Shown piece after piece: positions 31,839 to 41,971 of a stretch of DNA of 64,000 bases. Positions within the stretch are counted from its first letter, which is position 1. Every line of letters starts with the position of its first letter. The DNA is from a virus. Made by a program: the position numbers and the translations under genes. The notes beneath the pieces are model-generated. The model was given only the letters and a program-made list of their open reading frames with translations, did not search any database and was not told the origin of the DNA. The stretch lies in the IMG/VR virus record IMGVR_UViG_3300044960_000476, positions 5,725-69,724 of that record. The stretch is one strand, 5' to 3'.

Positions 31839-34800
31839 CTTGCGGGAGTACATTTGGAAGAAGCAGTATGCTCAAGGCAACGAGTCTATTGAGCAAGGTT
31901 TTAGGCGTGTAGCTGAAAACATTGCATTGGCTGAACCTATTGATAAGCGAGAAGAAGCTATTGAAGCTTTCTTCGAGATGATGCAGTCCAATAAATTTAT
32001 TCCTGGTGGCCGTATTCTAGCCGGTGCGGGAAGTGCGCATGGAAATAACTTAAATTGCTTGCATGGGGACACTCTAGTACAAACCCGTGAAGGGGTTTTT
32101 CCTATTCGTGCCTTGGTTGGGCAAAAGCATCAAGTATTGACTCGCAACGACACCTGGCGTTGGGCAGAATTCCGCGAGTTTGGTCAACAAGAATTGTACC
32201 GCGTCGTTTTTAGCAATGGCGAGGAAGTGCTTGCTACAGCCAACCACCGTTGGTACACCCGAAAAGGTGTATACACTACGCAACAATTAGTCAATAAGCG
32301 CATTCCGGTAATGGCAACTTATATTCGTCCGCCTAGAAACGACGACTATTACCAGGGAGTGCGCCACGGTTTGGTTTATGGTGATGGAAGCAAAAATTCT
32401 ACTTCTTACACATATGGGTTGAGGCTATTTGGCATTAAACAGTCTTTGGCTCAAATGTTTGATAGCTATGCCAAAATAACTGAAAAACAATATGGCGGGC
32501 GCGAGCAAACCGTAGTGACTGTAATTGGCGGCCATTACAAGGAGTTGCCGCCCGCTAATGCTAGCGACAGCTATTGGTATGGTTTCTTCTGTGGGCTTCT
32601 TGCAGTCGACGGCTGTGTTGATGAGCTTGGCTCGGTCATTATTCATTCTGCTGACAAAGAAGCCCTGCAAACCATAGCCAAGCGACTCAAACACTTTGGT
32701 ATTGCTTATGCTAGCCTTAAATGTACTCGCGAGCTAAGCCCGTATGACGGCAGCCATAAACCGGTGTATGGTTTACGTCTTTTCCGTCGCACCCTGATGC
32801 CGGAAGACTTCTTGCGTGAGGACCATCGCCGACGTTTTGTAGATAAGTCGCAAAGCGGCAAGCACTCTAGTCTAAAAGTTGTCGCTGTTGAATCTACCGG
32901 GCTGACTGAAACTGTTTATTGCGCTGTCGAGCCTGAAACGCACAGCTTTGTCCTTGCGGGCGGTATTCTGACCGGAAATTGCTTTGTAGTGGACGGCGCT
33001 CCTGAGCCACCCGGAAGCAATGATTGGGCTTTGTTGCTTGCTAAAAAGCTAGCACTTATTACCAAAGTTGGTGGTGGTACGGGGCTTAACCTTGACCCTA
33101 TTCCGCCCCGTCGCAATTTCCTGCAGCAAACCGGTTCTCTTTACATTTACATTAACCCTAACCACCCCAACTCGGACGACGTTTACACTGGACGCATTAC
33201 TCAACGCTTTACTGGTCTAAAAATTGAGCAGGGCTATAAAGTTGCCGGTATTTTGACTAAAGTCAAAGACGCACCACAACGTGCTGAATGGCTGCTTGTT
33301 GAGGACTCTATTGAGTCCATTTGGGACAATGCAGCCCAAATGGTTAAGCTCATGCTTGATGGAAAAGACGTAGTGGTGTGTTTGGACGCTCTAAGGCCAG
33401 AAGGCGCGTGGGTTAATGGCTCTGGTGGTGAAAGCAGCGGCCCTGCTTCTTTCGCTGTTGAAATTTTCGACAACTATGCACGTTGGGCTATGCGCGGTGG
33501 TGCCGAGTATGCAGGCCCTGTAGCCACGCTTCGTTATCTGTATGCCCCTACGCTAAGGGTTATTAAGCAAGGCGGCACTCGCCGTGGTGCGGGTATGGCA
33601 ACCCTTAGCATTCATCATCCAGACATTAACGACTTTATTACCTGCAAAGACTTGGACCGCGAAAACGCGGAAGGTGACATTTCCACTTTCAACATTAGCG
33701 TACTGGTTGACAACAAAACCATTGAAAACTATCAGAATAACGAAAGCACTGCTTGCGCCTTGCTACAGGCTATTGCCGAACACGCCCACGCCACCGGTGA
33801 GCCTGGAGTGCTCTTTGTTGACACCATTAACGCCAATAACCCCTTAGCTGCTATTGACGGCCCTATTGTTGCTACCAACCCTTGCTTTGTCGGTGAAACC
33901 CGCATTCCGACTGAATTTGGTTTGGTGCCCATTGAGCAACTAGTTGACAAAGAAAGCTTTAAGCTGGTTACTGACAACCGTGCTCCTTTGTTTGGCCTTG
34001 GGCAACCCAATGAAAGCCTTGGGGTAACTGTAAGAGGCAATGTTCGGGCGTTTTACACCGGAGAGCGCGAAGTAATTCGCGTTGAAACAAAAGAAGGCTT
34101 TACTCTGACGCTAACGCCTGACCATAAACTGCTTACTCCTTCAGGCTATCGTAAAGCGGGTGACTTGCAACCCGGCGACAAGCTGTTTGTGCAAAGCGGA
34201 GAGGGCTTGTGGAGTCAAGATAAGGCTCTTCCAGCTGAAACGCTAAACTTTATTGCTGAGCGTTTGCCTAAAGCTGGTGGTAAACACTCTAGCGGTAGGC
34301 GTGACATTCGTGAGCAGTATGCCAACTTGCCTACCGAGTGGAGTGAAGAATTGGGTTTGGCGCTTGGTTGGCTTATTGGTGATGGCTTTGTGCGCAAAGA
34401 CGGCGTAGGCTTGTATTTCAGCAATAAAGAATTTGCGGATGCGCAAACTGTTGTTAGCAGTTTGCGTAAATGGTTTGGGCAAGGTTATTTAACGGCAACT
34501 AACTTTAATACTCAGTATTTGCGTTTTGGTAAACTACCAGCAGAATTTTTCATGACGCTTGGTGTAAAGCCTGTCAAAGCCACCGATAAGCAAGTGCCAG
34601 AAAGCATTTTCACTGCACCTCGGGAAGCCGTGCGTGGTTTCTTGCGTGGGTTGTTTAGCACTGACGGTACTGTCGAAGGTGGCGTGCACAAAGGGACATG
34701 TAGCGTCAGACTAGCCTCTTCGAGTAAAAAATTACTTGAAGGCGTGCAGTTGTTGTTGCTCAATTTTGGTATTTTTGGACCTATTTATCATCGTAGGGCG

Positions 34801-36588
34801 GCTCAGCGTAAAGCTTTGCCGGATGGTAAAGGTGGACTAAAAGAGTACTCTGTTGCTGACCAGTACGAACTTATTATCGGTGGCAAAAGCCGCGACCGCT
34901 TTGCTGAAGTTATCGGTTTTGCCTTGCCGCACAAGCAAGCCAAACTCGAAGAATTTGTTTGTTTTAATAAGAACAAACAAAGAAAATTCCGTCGCCAAAG
35001 CTTTGAAGCAACAATAACTAAAATTGAGCCTGTAGGTGTTGCTAAAGTTTATGATTTGACAGAACCAATTGGGCACAGTTTGGTTGCAAATGGTGTGGTG
35101 GCACATAATTGCGCCGAAATAACATTGTATCCCGGAGAACCATGCGACCTCGGCGCTATTAACTTCTCCGAATTTGTTAAAGACGGTGCTATTGACTACG
35201 AAGGTTTAGCTCAAACTGCTAAATTAGCCGTGCGTTTTCTTGACGATGTGCTCACCGTAGAAAAAGCACCGCTTAAAGAAATTACGGCTGCTATTGAAGA
35301 CAAGCGTCGCATTGGCCTTGGTTTGATGGGGCTAGCAGACGCGCTCATTAAGCTCGGCATTGCGTATGATAGCGAAGAAGGAAGAAAAGTTGCCGCAAGC
35401 ATGTTTGATGCTGTGGTCAAAGCAGGACTGCAAGCCTCAAAAGACTTGGCCGTGGAGCGTGGTGTGCCTGACGGAGTGCGCCGAGCCGGGCTAGCGAGGC
35501 GCAATATTGCCCTATTTACTGTAGCGCCTACCGGCACTACTTCAATGCTGGCGGGAGTGTCGAGTGGTGTTGAACCTGTCTTTGCCGCTGCCTATGACCG
35601 CCGCATTGACACTGAAGTGCACAAAGTGCTGCACCCTTTGCTTGTCAAAATGCTAAATGAGCAAAATGCTTTAGAGTGGGCGCGCCAAGCTAATGTACCA
35701 ACGGTTAAAGACGGGCAATGGAACCTTGAGCTTATCATTGAAGGTATTAACAAGGCTCACGGTAGCGTTCAGCCTTTTGTTGAACGTGGTTGGTTGCCGC
35801 CTTGGTTTGCTTGCTTTAAGATAGCTCACGACATTACTCCAAAAGACCATGTGTTAATGCAGGCGGCCATTCAGCGGGTTATGGACCAGGAAATGGCCGG
35901 GAATTCCATTTCCAAAACTATTAACCTGCCCAACCACGCCAGCGTAGAAGACGTGCTATCAGCTTACGTACTAGCCCACAAAGAAGGTTGCAAAGGATGT
36001 ACGGTTTATCGTGACGGTAGCAGGGCTTTCCAAGTGCTTTCGGTAGAAGACGGCGACTTTGAGTCTTGGGCAAAACAGTTCGAAACTGTAAGCGCTAAAC
36101 CAAACGATAATAATGCTACTTTTGTTTCAGCCCTAAGGACGCGTCCGCGTGTTATTCAGTCGCTAACACACAAATACGAAGTTGGTGGCCGTAAAATTTA
36201 CGTCACCGTCGGCTGGAATGAAAAGGGCGAAATTGTCGAGGCTTTTATCAACCTGTCCAAGCCAACGCCTAACGAAGCCGTAATAGCTGACTTGGTTGGT
36301 AGGTTGCTGTCGGTGGCGTTTAAGCATGGCGCTGAAGTTAAAGACGTTGTAAAGCACCTACAAGGGCATTATGACCAATCTGGTGGCTTCTCAGAGGGTA
36401 TGGGCTTTGTTAACTCTATGTGGGATGTGGTTGCCCATGCGCTGCTGAATACGGGGCCAAATAGCGAAACTAAAAATATTTTAATTAATGCACCGCGCAC
36501 CGACAGCTGTCCTGAGTGTGGTGGCCCTCTTGTTAGGAAAGGCGGATGCAACAAATGTGAGAAGTGTGGCTATGAAACGTGTGGCTAA
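31831..36588 (+). CDS. nrdJ: Class II (B12-dependent) ribonucleotide reductase with two inteins
   Basis: FIPGGRIL, RRGAGM, TFNISV, TGEPG, TNP|C, EPCDLG, RRIGLG, TVAPTGT, SISKTIN, TVYRDGSR; TSCPD-like and Zn-ribbon C-terminus; no nrdB in the window. Confidence 0.93.
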   Translation: MSDLREYIWKKQYAQGNESIEQGFRRVAENIALAEPIDKREEAIEAFFEMMQSNKFIPGGRILAGAGSAHGNNLNCLHGDTLVQTREGVFPIRALVGQKHQVLTRNDTWRWAEFREFGQQELYRVVFSNGEEVLATANHRWYTRKGVYTTQQLVNKRIPVMATYIRPPRNDDYYQGVRHGLVYGDGSKNSTSYTYGLRLFGIKQSLAQMFDSYAKITEKQYGGREQTVVTVIGGHYKELPPANASDSYWYGFFCGLLAVDGCVDELGSVIIHSADKEALQTIAKRLKHFGIAYASLKCTRELSPYDGSHKPVYGLRLFRRTLMPEDFLREDHRRRFVDKSQSGKHSSLKVVAVESTGLTETVYCAVEPETHSFVLAGGILTGNCFVVDGAPEPPGSNDWALLLAKKLALITKVGGGTGLNLDPIPPRRNFLQQTGSLYIYINPNHPNSDDVYTGRITQRFTGLKIEQGYKVAGILTKVKDAPQRAEWLLVEDSIESIWDNAAQMVKLMLDGKDVVVCLDALRPEGAWVNGSGGESSGPASFAVEIFDNYARWAMRGGAEYAGPVATLRYLYAPTLRVIKQGGTRRGAGMATLSIHHPDINDFITCKDLDRENAEGDISTFNISVLVDNKTIENYQNNESTACALLQAIAEHAHATGEPGVLFVDTINANNPLAAIDGPIVATNPCFVGETRIPTEFGLVPIEQLVDKESFKLVTDNRAPLFGLGQPNESLGVTVRGNVRAFYTGEREVIRVETKEGFTLTLTPDHKLLTPSGYRKAGDLQPGDKLFVQSGEGLWSQDKALPAETLNFIAERLPKAGGKHSSGRRDIREQYANLPTEWSEELGLALGWLIGDGFVRKDGVGLYFSNKEFADAQTVVSSLRKWFGQGYLTATNFNTQYLRFGKLPAEFFMTLGVKPVKATDKQVPESIFTAPREAVRGFLRGLFSTDGTVEGGVHKGTCSVRLASSSKKLLEGVQLLLLNFGIFGPIYHRRAAQRKALPDGKGGLKEYSVADQYELIIGGKSRDRFAEVIGFALPHKQAKLEEFVCFNKNKQRKFRRQSFEATITKIEPVGVAKVYDLTEPIGHSLVANGVVAHNCAEITLYPGEPCDLGAINFSEFVKDGAIDYEGLAQTAKLAVRFLDDVLTVEKAPLKEITAAIEDKRRIGLGLMGLADALIKLGIAYDSEEGRKVAASMFDAVVKAGLQASKDLAVERGVPDGVRRAGLARRNIALFTVAPTGTTSMLAGVSSGVEPVFAAAYDRRIDTEVHKVLHPLLVKMLNEQNALEWARQANVPTVKDGQWNLELIIEGINKAHGSVQPFVERGWLPPWFACFKIAHDITPKDHVLMQAAIQRVMDQEMAGNSISKTINLPNHASVEDVLSAYVLAHKEGCKGCTVYRDGSRAFQVLSVEDGDFESWAKQFETVSAKPNDNNATFVSALRTRPRVIQSLTHKYEVGGRKIYVTVGWNEKGEIVEAFINLSKPTPNEAVIADLVGRLLSVAFKHGAEVKDVVKHLQGHYDQSGGFSEGMGFVNSMWDVVAHALLNTGPNSETKNILINAPRTDSCPECGGPLVRKGGCNKCEKCGYETCG
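32056..32979 (+). mobile_element. Intein 1 in NrdJ (308 aa, LAGLIDADG endonuclease)
   Basis: N|CLHGDT...TANHRW...GLVYGDG...GLLAVDG...ILTGN|C. Confidence 0.92.
33883..35109 (+). mobile_element. Intein 2 in NrdJ (409 aa, LAGLIDADG endonuclease)
   Basis: NP|CFVGET...TPDHKL...GWLIGDG...GLFSTDG...VYDLT...VAHN|C. Confidence 0.95.
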
Positions 36589-36636
36589 GTTGCCTGTGGG
36601 GGCGGGCGTCAAGCCCGCCCCCGTTAAGGGGGTGTA

Positions 36637-36852
36637 ATGAATAAAAAGAAGGTATGGGTAACGCTAAACGAAAACAAAATTGCTTTTTCGGAAAAGCAGT
36701 CAATAGGAGAAGTTGAAATGTTCTTTAACATGTTTGAAGACGACTCTATTGATAGCCTAGAACCTTGGTTAAAAATAGGGCTTGTGTATAGCCCCAAATA
36801 TGAGGTATTCTATCCAGTATATGTTACCAAACAAAGTTTCATACATGCTTAA
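36637..36852 (+). CDS. Hypothetical protein
   Basis: AAGGGGG RBS after a GC hairpin at 36598-36622. Confidence 0.6.
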   Translation: MNKKKVWVTLNENKIAFSEKQSIGEVEMFFNMFEDDSIDSLEPWLKIGLVYSPKYEVFYPVYVTKQSFIHA

Positions 36853-37060
36853 GTACAAGCTTAACGGCAAAGCAGAGCAAATAGTTTTAGAAGTTGCTGT
36901 CGAGCCCGGTAGCCTGCTTTTATACGCAGACGCACCAAATATAGGCCGTGTTTGGGGTTTAACTCCAGACGCAATTATCAACCACATAGTAGCCTTTATG
37001 GAAGACGAAGGAGCAGAAGAGATGGAGGTAAAAAAGTATGAAAGCTTATATGACGCTTGA
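36845..37060 (+). CDS. Hypothetical protein
   Basis: Overlapping operon arrangement; start uncertain. Confidence 0.5.
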   Translation: MLKYKLNGKAEQIVLEVAVEPGSLLLYADAPNIGRVWGLTPDAIINHIVAFMEDEGAEEMEVKKYESLYDA

Positions 37061-37247
37061 ACTTAGCTTGCACGTAGAATATCCAGACGGAACTCACCCT
37101 TACGACGTACAAACCGTTGCTTACGAAAAAGCACGAACTTTGCAAGAATACTTGCGGGCTAACCCCCAAGTGCTTGGCACTTTCGGTGGCACACTTGACT
37201 TGGAAGGCTTGCGAGTAAGTTTAGCAAGGCTACACCAGTGGGAATGA
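37038..37247 (+). CDS. Hypothetical protein
   Basis: GGAGGT RBS. Confidence 0.65.
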   Translation: MKAYMTLELSLHVEYPDGTHPYDVQTVAYEKARTLQEYLRANPQVLGTFGGTLDLEGLRVSLARLHQWE

Positions 37248-37282
37248 GCCAGAACATTAATTGCGTTTAGGAGGTTTATAAA

Positions 37283-37498
37283 ATGGCAAACACAGAAACT
37301 TTTGATTGGGTAATGTTTTTCTTTCAGGTTTTAATGTGCTTGGGCTTGTTTGGCATCATTGTCCGCCTAAAGTGGGATAGCGAGTTGGGCGTAAAACGGG
37401 ATGGTGTATTTCTTTTCTGGTATATTGTTGGGCTTTTGGGCTTTTTAGGAGCCTTAGGAGCCTATTTAACGCTTGTCTATTACATACTAATCGGTTAA
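37283..37498 (+). CDS. Two-TM membrane protein
   Basis: AGGAGG RBS, two hydrophobic segments. Confidence 0.7.
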   Translation: MANTETFDWVMFFFQVLMCLGLFGIIVRLKWDSELGVKRDGVFLFWYIVGLLGFLGALGAYLTLVYYILIG

Positions 37499-37510
37499 CA
37501 TGGGGGTGGA

Positions 37511-38221
37511 ATGCACCGCGACCGCTTTTATATCGCATGGGGCCTTTTTGTCTATGTGCTAATTTTGGTAACTAGCTTCCTGCACACTTGGGAAAGCTAC
37601 TTACCTTTTAGCGAACATGGCCCTAAGTTAGTTGACCCAAAAATTGAAGCCCTTGGCGTGGCTTTGGGCCTCGACATGGCTATCATTTACTTTAGCTTTA
37701 TTGGTGTGTTACGTCAAAGCAACACTGCTAAAGCTGCTAGCGTAACGGCCATGTTACTGGTTTGGTTTGCCGTAATGGTAAGCATGCTCGGACTACCGGA
37801 AGCGCTCAAAGAAAGCGACCCGGCTAAAAACGTCATTGGCTTTATATTGTCTTTGTTCGTTCCATTGTCTTCACTAAGGGTGGGGCAAGTCCTTGGCGAG
37901 CTTGCTCGTGGCACCCCGCCCGCGACTGCACCAACGCGAATGGAATTGCTTAGGGAAGCTTTTGCCGAAAAGCTGTTTAACATTGTCATGGCAAGGCTTG
38001 ACCCAAACAAAGTAAACAAACCTAAGGAAACTTACCTTCCCACAGAAGAAGCGGCAAGTAAAATTGGCATCAGCCGAGAGGCGTTGGTGCAAGACTGGCG
38101 GGCTGGTAAACTATCAAGCGTAAGGCTCAAAAGAGGTCAGCTAGACTCGTGGGAATGGTGCCTAGAGGACTTGGTGAAATACTATGGAGCTAAGGACGTA
38201 CAACCTAATAAAAAGCCGTAA
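37511..38221 (+). CDS. Four-TM membrane protein with C-terminal excisionase-like HTH
   Basis: Four hydrophobic segments, then YLPTEEAASKIGISREAL...RAGKL. Confidence 0.7.
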   Translation: MHRDRFYIAWGLFVYVLILVTSFLHTWESYLPFSEHGPKLVDPKIEALGVALGLDMAIIYFSFIGVLRQSNTAKAASVTAMLLVWFAVMVSMLGLPEALKESDPAKNVIGFILSLFVPLSSLRVGQVLGELARGTPPATAPTRMELLREAFAEKLFNIVMARLDPNKVNKPKETYLPTEEAASKIGISREALVQDWRAGKLSSVRLKRGQLDSWEWCLEDLVKYYGAKDVQPNKKP

Positions 38222-40427
38222 CCAATTGCCCGAACTGCTGGCACGCTTAAGGCGTGCCAGCTACGTGGCTTTGGACACTGAAACAAGTGGGCTGAATATT
38301 CACCAAGACGACTTTAACTTGGCAGGAATAGCTGTCGCGCCCAACCCATATGAAGGCTATTACATTCCAGTAGGCCACCTTAACTTTGGTGGAATTAATT
38401 ATCAGCCGGATAACTTGCCAAGCGAAGACGTAGCAAACTTTTTACGTGAAGTGTTTAAACATTGTCGCGTTGTCATGCACAACGCTTCTTATGACCGGCA
38501 AGTTTTGTATAGAAGTTTGGGGCTCAGCTTAGCGGAAACTTACTCCGACGACACAATGGTGGCCCTTCATCTAAAAGATGAAAACCACCAACTGTCGTTA
38601 AAAGCATGGGCTAAAACCTTGCTTAACGTCGATGAGCGCAACCCACAGCTTCCTGCTAACTTTGAGGACGAATTGCAAGAAAAACTGCTGCGTTGGGAAT
38701 ACGTTAACGCGCTAACACCAAGCGGGCGCAAGTCACGAAGAAAGGTTTGGAGTTTAGTCCCCAATTGGCAAGACATTGTGTATGACCTGTGGGGCGACTA
38801 CCATAACGGCGCCGTTAGTTTTAACTTTGTACTGAATTTTACGGCTAAGCTATTTGGCCTATTGCGTTTGCGCGGCTTAGCGGAATATTCAGGTACGTTT
38901 CCCTCGGACTTTCGTTATGTGCCGGTAATTTATGGCGCTGAATACGCCTTAGATGACGTCATGAATACTCACGCTTTGTGGGCCGAGGTTGAAGCGTTTT
39001 TCATGCAACATCCTGAACTAAAAGCTTTGTATAGCGACATTGAATTACCGGTAAATGACATAATGGCCCGCGCTAGCGTGCGCGGTGTGCTTGTCGATAC
39101 GCAGCATTTAAAGCAAGTTAAAAGCTTGCTAGAAGCCAGAATTGAGGAAGTCCGCGAAAAGGCTATGGAAGCTGCAGCGCAAATTCTTCCAATGGAAATG
39201 GTGTTGTCAGGAGCAGTAAAGCTTGACACCTTCCTTAGCTCACCGCGACAGCTTTCCAAGCTAATATACGAAATTCTAGGCTTTCCAGTCATTGAGCTTA
39301 CTGATAGTGGTGCTCCCTCGACAGCGCGTCAGGTATTGGAACTTTTGGTTCATACCAGGCCCTCAAAACGTCCTGAAGTAACCAAAGAAGCAAGGGAGTT
39401 TATTCGGCTAAAGTTACGGTATGAAGCTTTGCGTAAACTGCATTCTACCTACACCGACTCAATTCTTAGCAAATTAGACAGTCAGCAAAGGCTGCATACC
39501 CAATACAACACAGTAGGAACCGTGTCGGGGCGCATGTCTTCTAACAACCCTAACTTCCAGAACATGCCCCGCCTGCTTCCAGAAGAAGTAGCCGATAAAC
39601 CCTGGTTGCATGGTATTGACATTCGCCGAGCTTTTGTTGCTGACCCTGGTCATGTGTTTATCAGTGCCGACTATGCAAGCATGGAGTTGGTAGTTTGTGC
39701 AGCGCTGTCGGGCGATGAAACCATGACCAGACTTCTAAACGAAGGCCGTGACTTACACAGCTACACCGCCCGCTATGCTTTTAAAGTTGGCATGGACTTG
39801 GACGACGCGGAATTCAAAAAGCGGTATAAAGACTATAGGCAAAAGGCTAAAATTGTAAACTTTGCCCTTATTTATGGGGGCACTGCTTACACTCTAATTC
39901 GCAACTTTGGTTTTCAGGAACAAGAGGCTGTGCAACTCATTCAAGGCTACTTTGAAGCTTACCCTCAAGTTAAAACCTGGATGGAGCGGGTATACAAGGA
40001 ACTAGAAACCAAAGGTTATGTGGTGTACCCCGAATACAACTACATTAAACGTATGGATGCCGTCAAGCCACGTGATGCGTGGAATAAAGAAGCAATGCGG
40101 CAATTTAAAGCCGCATTGCGGACATGTCAAAACGCCTTAATTCAAGGCTATAGTGCATTCTTAGTCAAAGACGCTATTGTAAAAATGACCAGGCGCTTTC
40201 AAGAAGAAAACTTGGACGCTCAAGTTATATTTCAAGTGCATGACGAAATTGGCGTTTTGGCAAGAGCAGAATGCGCAAAGAAAGCGGCTCAAATAATGCT
40301 TGAGTGCATGGAGCGTGACATAAACGGCGTAAGGCTTCAAGCAGAGCCAGAGTTTAAGCTCACCATGTCTAAAACCGAAGCACCAATGCCGCCAGAGCTT
40401 GTCGATAGCCTAGTAGAAGGGTTATAA
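38184..40427 (+). CDS. polA: Family A DNA polymerase with 3'-5' exonuclease
   Basis: ALDTETSG, HNASYD, SGRMSSNNPNFQN, ADYASME, RQKAKIVNFALIYG, VHDE. Confidence 0.96.
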   Translation: MELRTYNLIKSRNQLPELLARLRRASYVALDTETSGLNIHQDDFNLAGIAVAPNPYEGYYIPVGHLNFGGINYQPDNLPSEDVANFLREVFKHCRVVMHNASYDRQVLYRSLGLSLAETYSDDTMVALHLKDENHQLSLKAWAKTLLNVDERNPQLPANFEDELQEKLLRWEYVNALTPSGRKSRRKVWSLVPNWQDIVYDLWGDYHNGAVSFNFVLNFTAKLFGLLRLRGLAEYSGTFPSDFRYVPVIYGAEYALDDVMNTHALWAEVEAFFMQHPELKALYSDIELPVNDIMARASVRGVLVDTQHLKQVKSLLEARIEEVREKAMEAAAQILPMEMVLSGAVKLDTFLSSPRQLSKLIYEILGFPVIELTDSGAPSTARQVLELLVHTRPSKRPEVTKEAREFIRLKLRYEALRKLHSTYTDSILSKLDSQQRLHTQYNTVGTVSGRMSSNNPNFQNMPRLLPEEVADKPWLHGIDIRRAFVADPGHVFISADYASMELVVCAALSGDETMTRLLNEGRDLHSYTARYAFKVGMDLDDAEFKKRYKDYRQKAKIVNFALIYGGTAYTLIRNFGFQEQEAVQLIQGYFEAYPQVKTWMERVYKELETKGYVVYPEYNYIKRMDAVKPRDAWNKEAMRQFKAALRTCQNALIQGYSAFLVKDAIVKMTRRFQEENLDAQVIFQVHDEIGVLARAECAKKAAQIMLECMERDINGVRLQAEPEFKLTMSKTEAPMPPELVDSLVEGL

Positions 40428-40428
40428 T

Positions 40429-40458
40429 AGTCCAGGGCGTCAGCCCTGGACTTTTTTG
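40429..40458 (+). terminator. Intrinsic terminator after the polymerase gene
   Basis: AGTCCAGGGC-GTCA-GCCCTGGACT followed by TTTTT. Confidence 0.8.
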
Positions 40459-40469
40459 TTAAGAAAACT

Positions 40470-40982
40470 ATGGACGAAGACTTGTTGTTCCTTGACGAAA
40501 AAATGGTAACCAACAAAGAGGTGCCGGAGTGGAAAACAAATAACAAGCAGTGGCCTTCTAACATGCCGGAATTAAATATCGAAAGCGCTCAGGCATACAC
40601 TATCCTCGAAAAGGAAAACGGAAAAATTAAAGCATATGTCACCCTTTGGGAACCTTCAAGACGCTTTGAAGCTGTCGGAGAGGATGAAGCAACTTTTCTT
40701 GGCTCTTATTACGAGGAAGTGCGCACAGTTTTCCCTAAGGAATATTTGGTTTTATTGCGCATGGACGTTACTTCACCTAAAGTTGTGGACATACGTTATG
40801 TGCCCGAAGAAACCATAGTTGAAGTAAGCAAAGACGACACTACCGGTTGGGCTATTACTACAGAACGCATATATGTCCTGTTTCAACAAAGCAGCAAAAA
40901 AGCGTTCAAAAATGCCATACACCAGCTTAGGTGGACTTGTCTTTTAGCAAATATGGGCGCATTACCAGCAGCTAAGCTATAA
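40470..40982 (+). CDS. Hypothetical protein
   Basis: 170-aa ORF, last plus-strand gene. Confidence 0.7.
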   Translation: MDEDLLFLDEKMVTNKEVPEWKTNNKQWPSNMPELNIESAQAYTILEKENGKIKAYVTLWEPSRRFEAVGEDEATFLGSYYEEVRTVFPKEYLVLLRMDVTSPKVVDIRYVPEETIVEVSKDDTTGWAITTERIYVLFQQSSKKAFKNAIHQLRWTCLLANMGALPAAKL

Positions 40983-40984
40983 AT

Positions 40985-41018
40985 AAAAAATGGGGTTTGG
41001 CGAAAGCCAAACCCCGTT
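40985..41018. terminator. Terminator between convergent middle and late units
   Basis: AAAAA-TGGGGTTTGGC-GAAA-GCCAAACCCCG; U-tract on the minus strand. Confidence 0.8.
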
Positions 41019-41021
41019 AAA

Positions 41022-41348
41022 TTATCTTATAGTTAGCCGCAAACCAACCCGCCAAGTAAACTCGCCATTACGCAACCGGCTATCTAACACAGCAGTCCAG
41101 CGTTCCGTATCTAGCAAAAACTGAAAACGTAAATAGCTTTCCGCAAAGTTACTGAATATGCCAATTTCTGGTAGTACCCAAAAGTATGGCTCGCCTGGAA
41201 AATTCAGTTTGGCAATAGGGTAATTGTACCGAAGTTGAAAGTACGGACCGCTGTTAAACTGATAGCCTAGCTCGGCATCTAAGTCACTAGCAAAAGCTCG
41301 CGCGGCTAATATAACAAGCAAAACAAGCCACCTTTTTAAGGCCCCCAT
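41022..41348 (-). CDS. Secreted small beta-strand protein (outer-membrane-like) in the lysis module
   Basis: Signal peptide MGALKRWLVLLVILAARAFA, then amphipathic strands ending FTWRVGLRLTIR. Confidence 0.6.
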   Translation of the reverse strand: MGALKRWLVLLVILAARAFASDLDAELGYQFNSGPYFQLRYNYPIAKLNFPGEPYFWVLPEIGIFSNFAESYLRFQFLLDTERWTAVLDSRLRNGEFTWRVGLRLTIR

Positions 41349-41590
41349 CTACGCAAAAGCTCCTTAACTTGCTCAATGCTGTACACGCCATTAGCTACCA
41401 AAGCAGCCAAGACGCCGCCTACAACGCTTTCAAGGCTTACGCCATTGAAAACAATGTAAAGCACAACCCCGACAGCCCACGACAACAACTGTGCGACAAA
41501 GCCGCTAGCCTTGGTCAAGGTTTTTAGTCCTTGAGTAAAAAGAATAACCAAGGGTACAATAGCCGCAATTTGTTCCGCCGTCAGTTCCAT
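41336..41590 (-). CDS. Holin-like membrane protein
   Basis: 84 aa, three hydrophobic segments, ANGVYS motif, GAGGAGG RBS. Confidence 0.7.
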   Translation of the reverse strand: MELTAEQIAAIVPLVILFTQGLKTLTKASGFVAQLLSWAVGVVLYIVFNGVSLESVVGGVLAALVANGVYSIEQVKELLRRWGP

Positions 41591-41615
41591 AGCATACCTC
41601 CTCGACTAAAGTATA

Positions 41616-41762
41616 TCAAACTTCTTCACCTAAAGCTCTAAGCGCCTGTTTAAGCTCTTCCCATAATTCTTCAATTTCCTCTTCTTCCAGTCCGTATGAA
41701 TACCAAGGGCCGCTTCTACACAAATTCACAGCAGCAGTAATAAGTCGTTCATATTCGTCCAT
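41616..41762 (-). CDS. Small acidic protein (48 aa)
   Basis: Not in the ORF track; TGATG coupling; MDEYERLITAAVNLCRSGPWYSYGLEEEEIEELWEELKQALRALGEEV. Confidence 0.55.
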   Translation of the reverse strand: MDEYERLITAAVNLCRSGPWYSYGLEEEEIEELWEELKQALRALGEEV

Positions 41763-41971
41763 CAAAAACCACCACGTCTTGGGCGCTGAGGCCACGACTC
41801 CTCAGCGCCTTTGTCCTGGTGTGTCCCACCGGGCGTCCCACGCCCACTCTGGTTGATAGTCAACCAGGGAAAGTTCAACCACTGTCGTAGGGCCGTCGTG
41901 GTAAACCCTACAACAACTGCCGCTAAAGCCAACAATAAACCCAACAAGCTAGCTTTCGGTAGCTTCTTCAT
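41762..41971 (-). CDS. Small membrane-anchored protein
   Basis: N-terminal hydrophobic segment, 69 aa. Confidence 0.55.
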   Translation of the reverse strand: MKKLPKASLLGLLLALAAVVVGFTTTALRQWLNFPWLTINQSGRGTPGGTHQDKGAEESWPQRPRRGGF

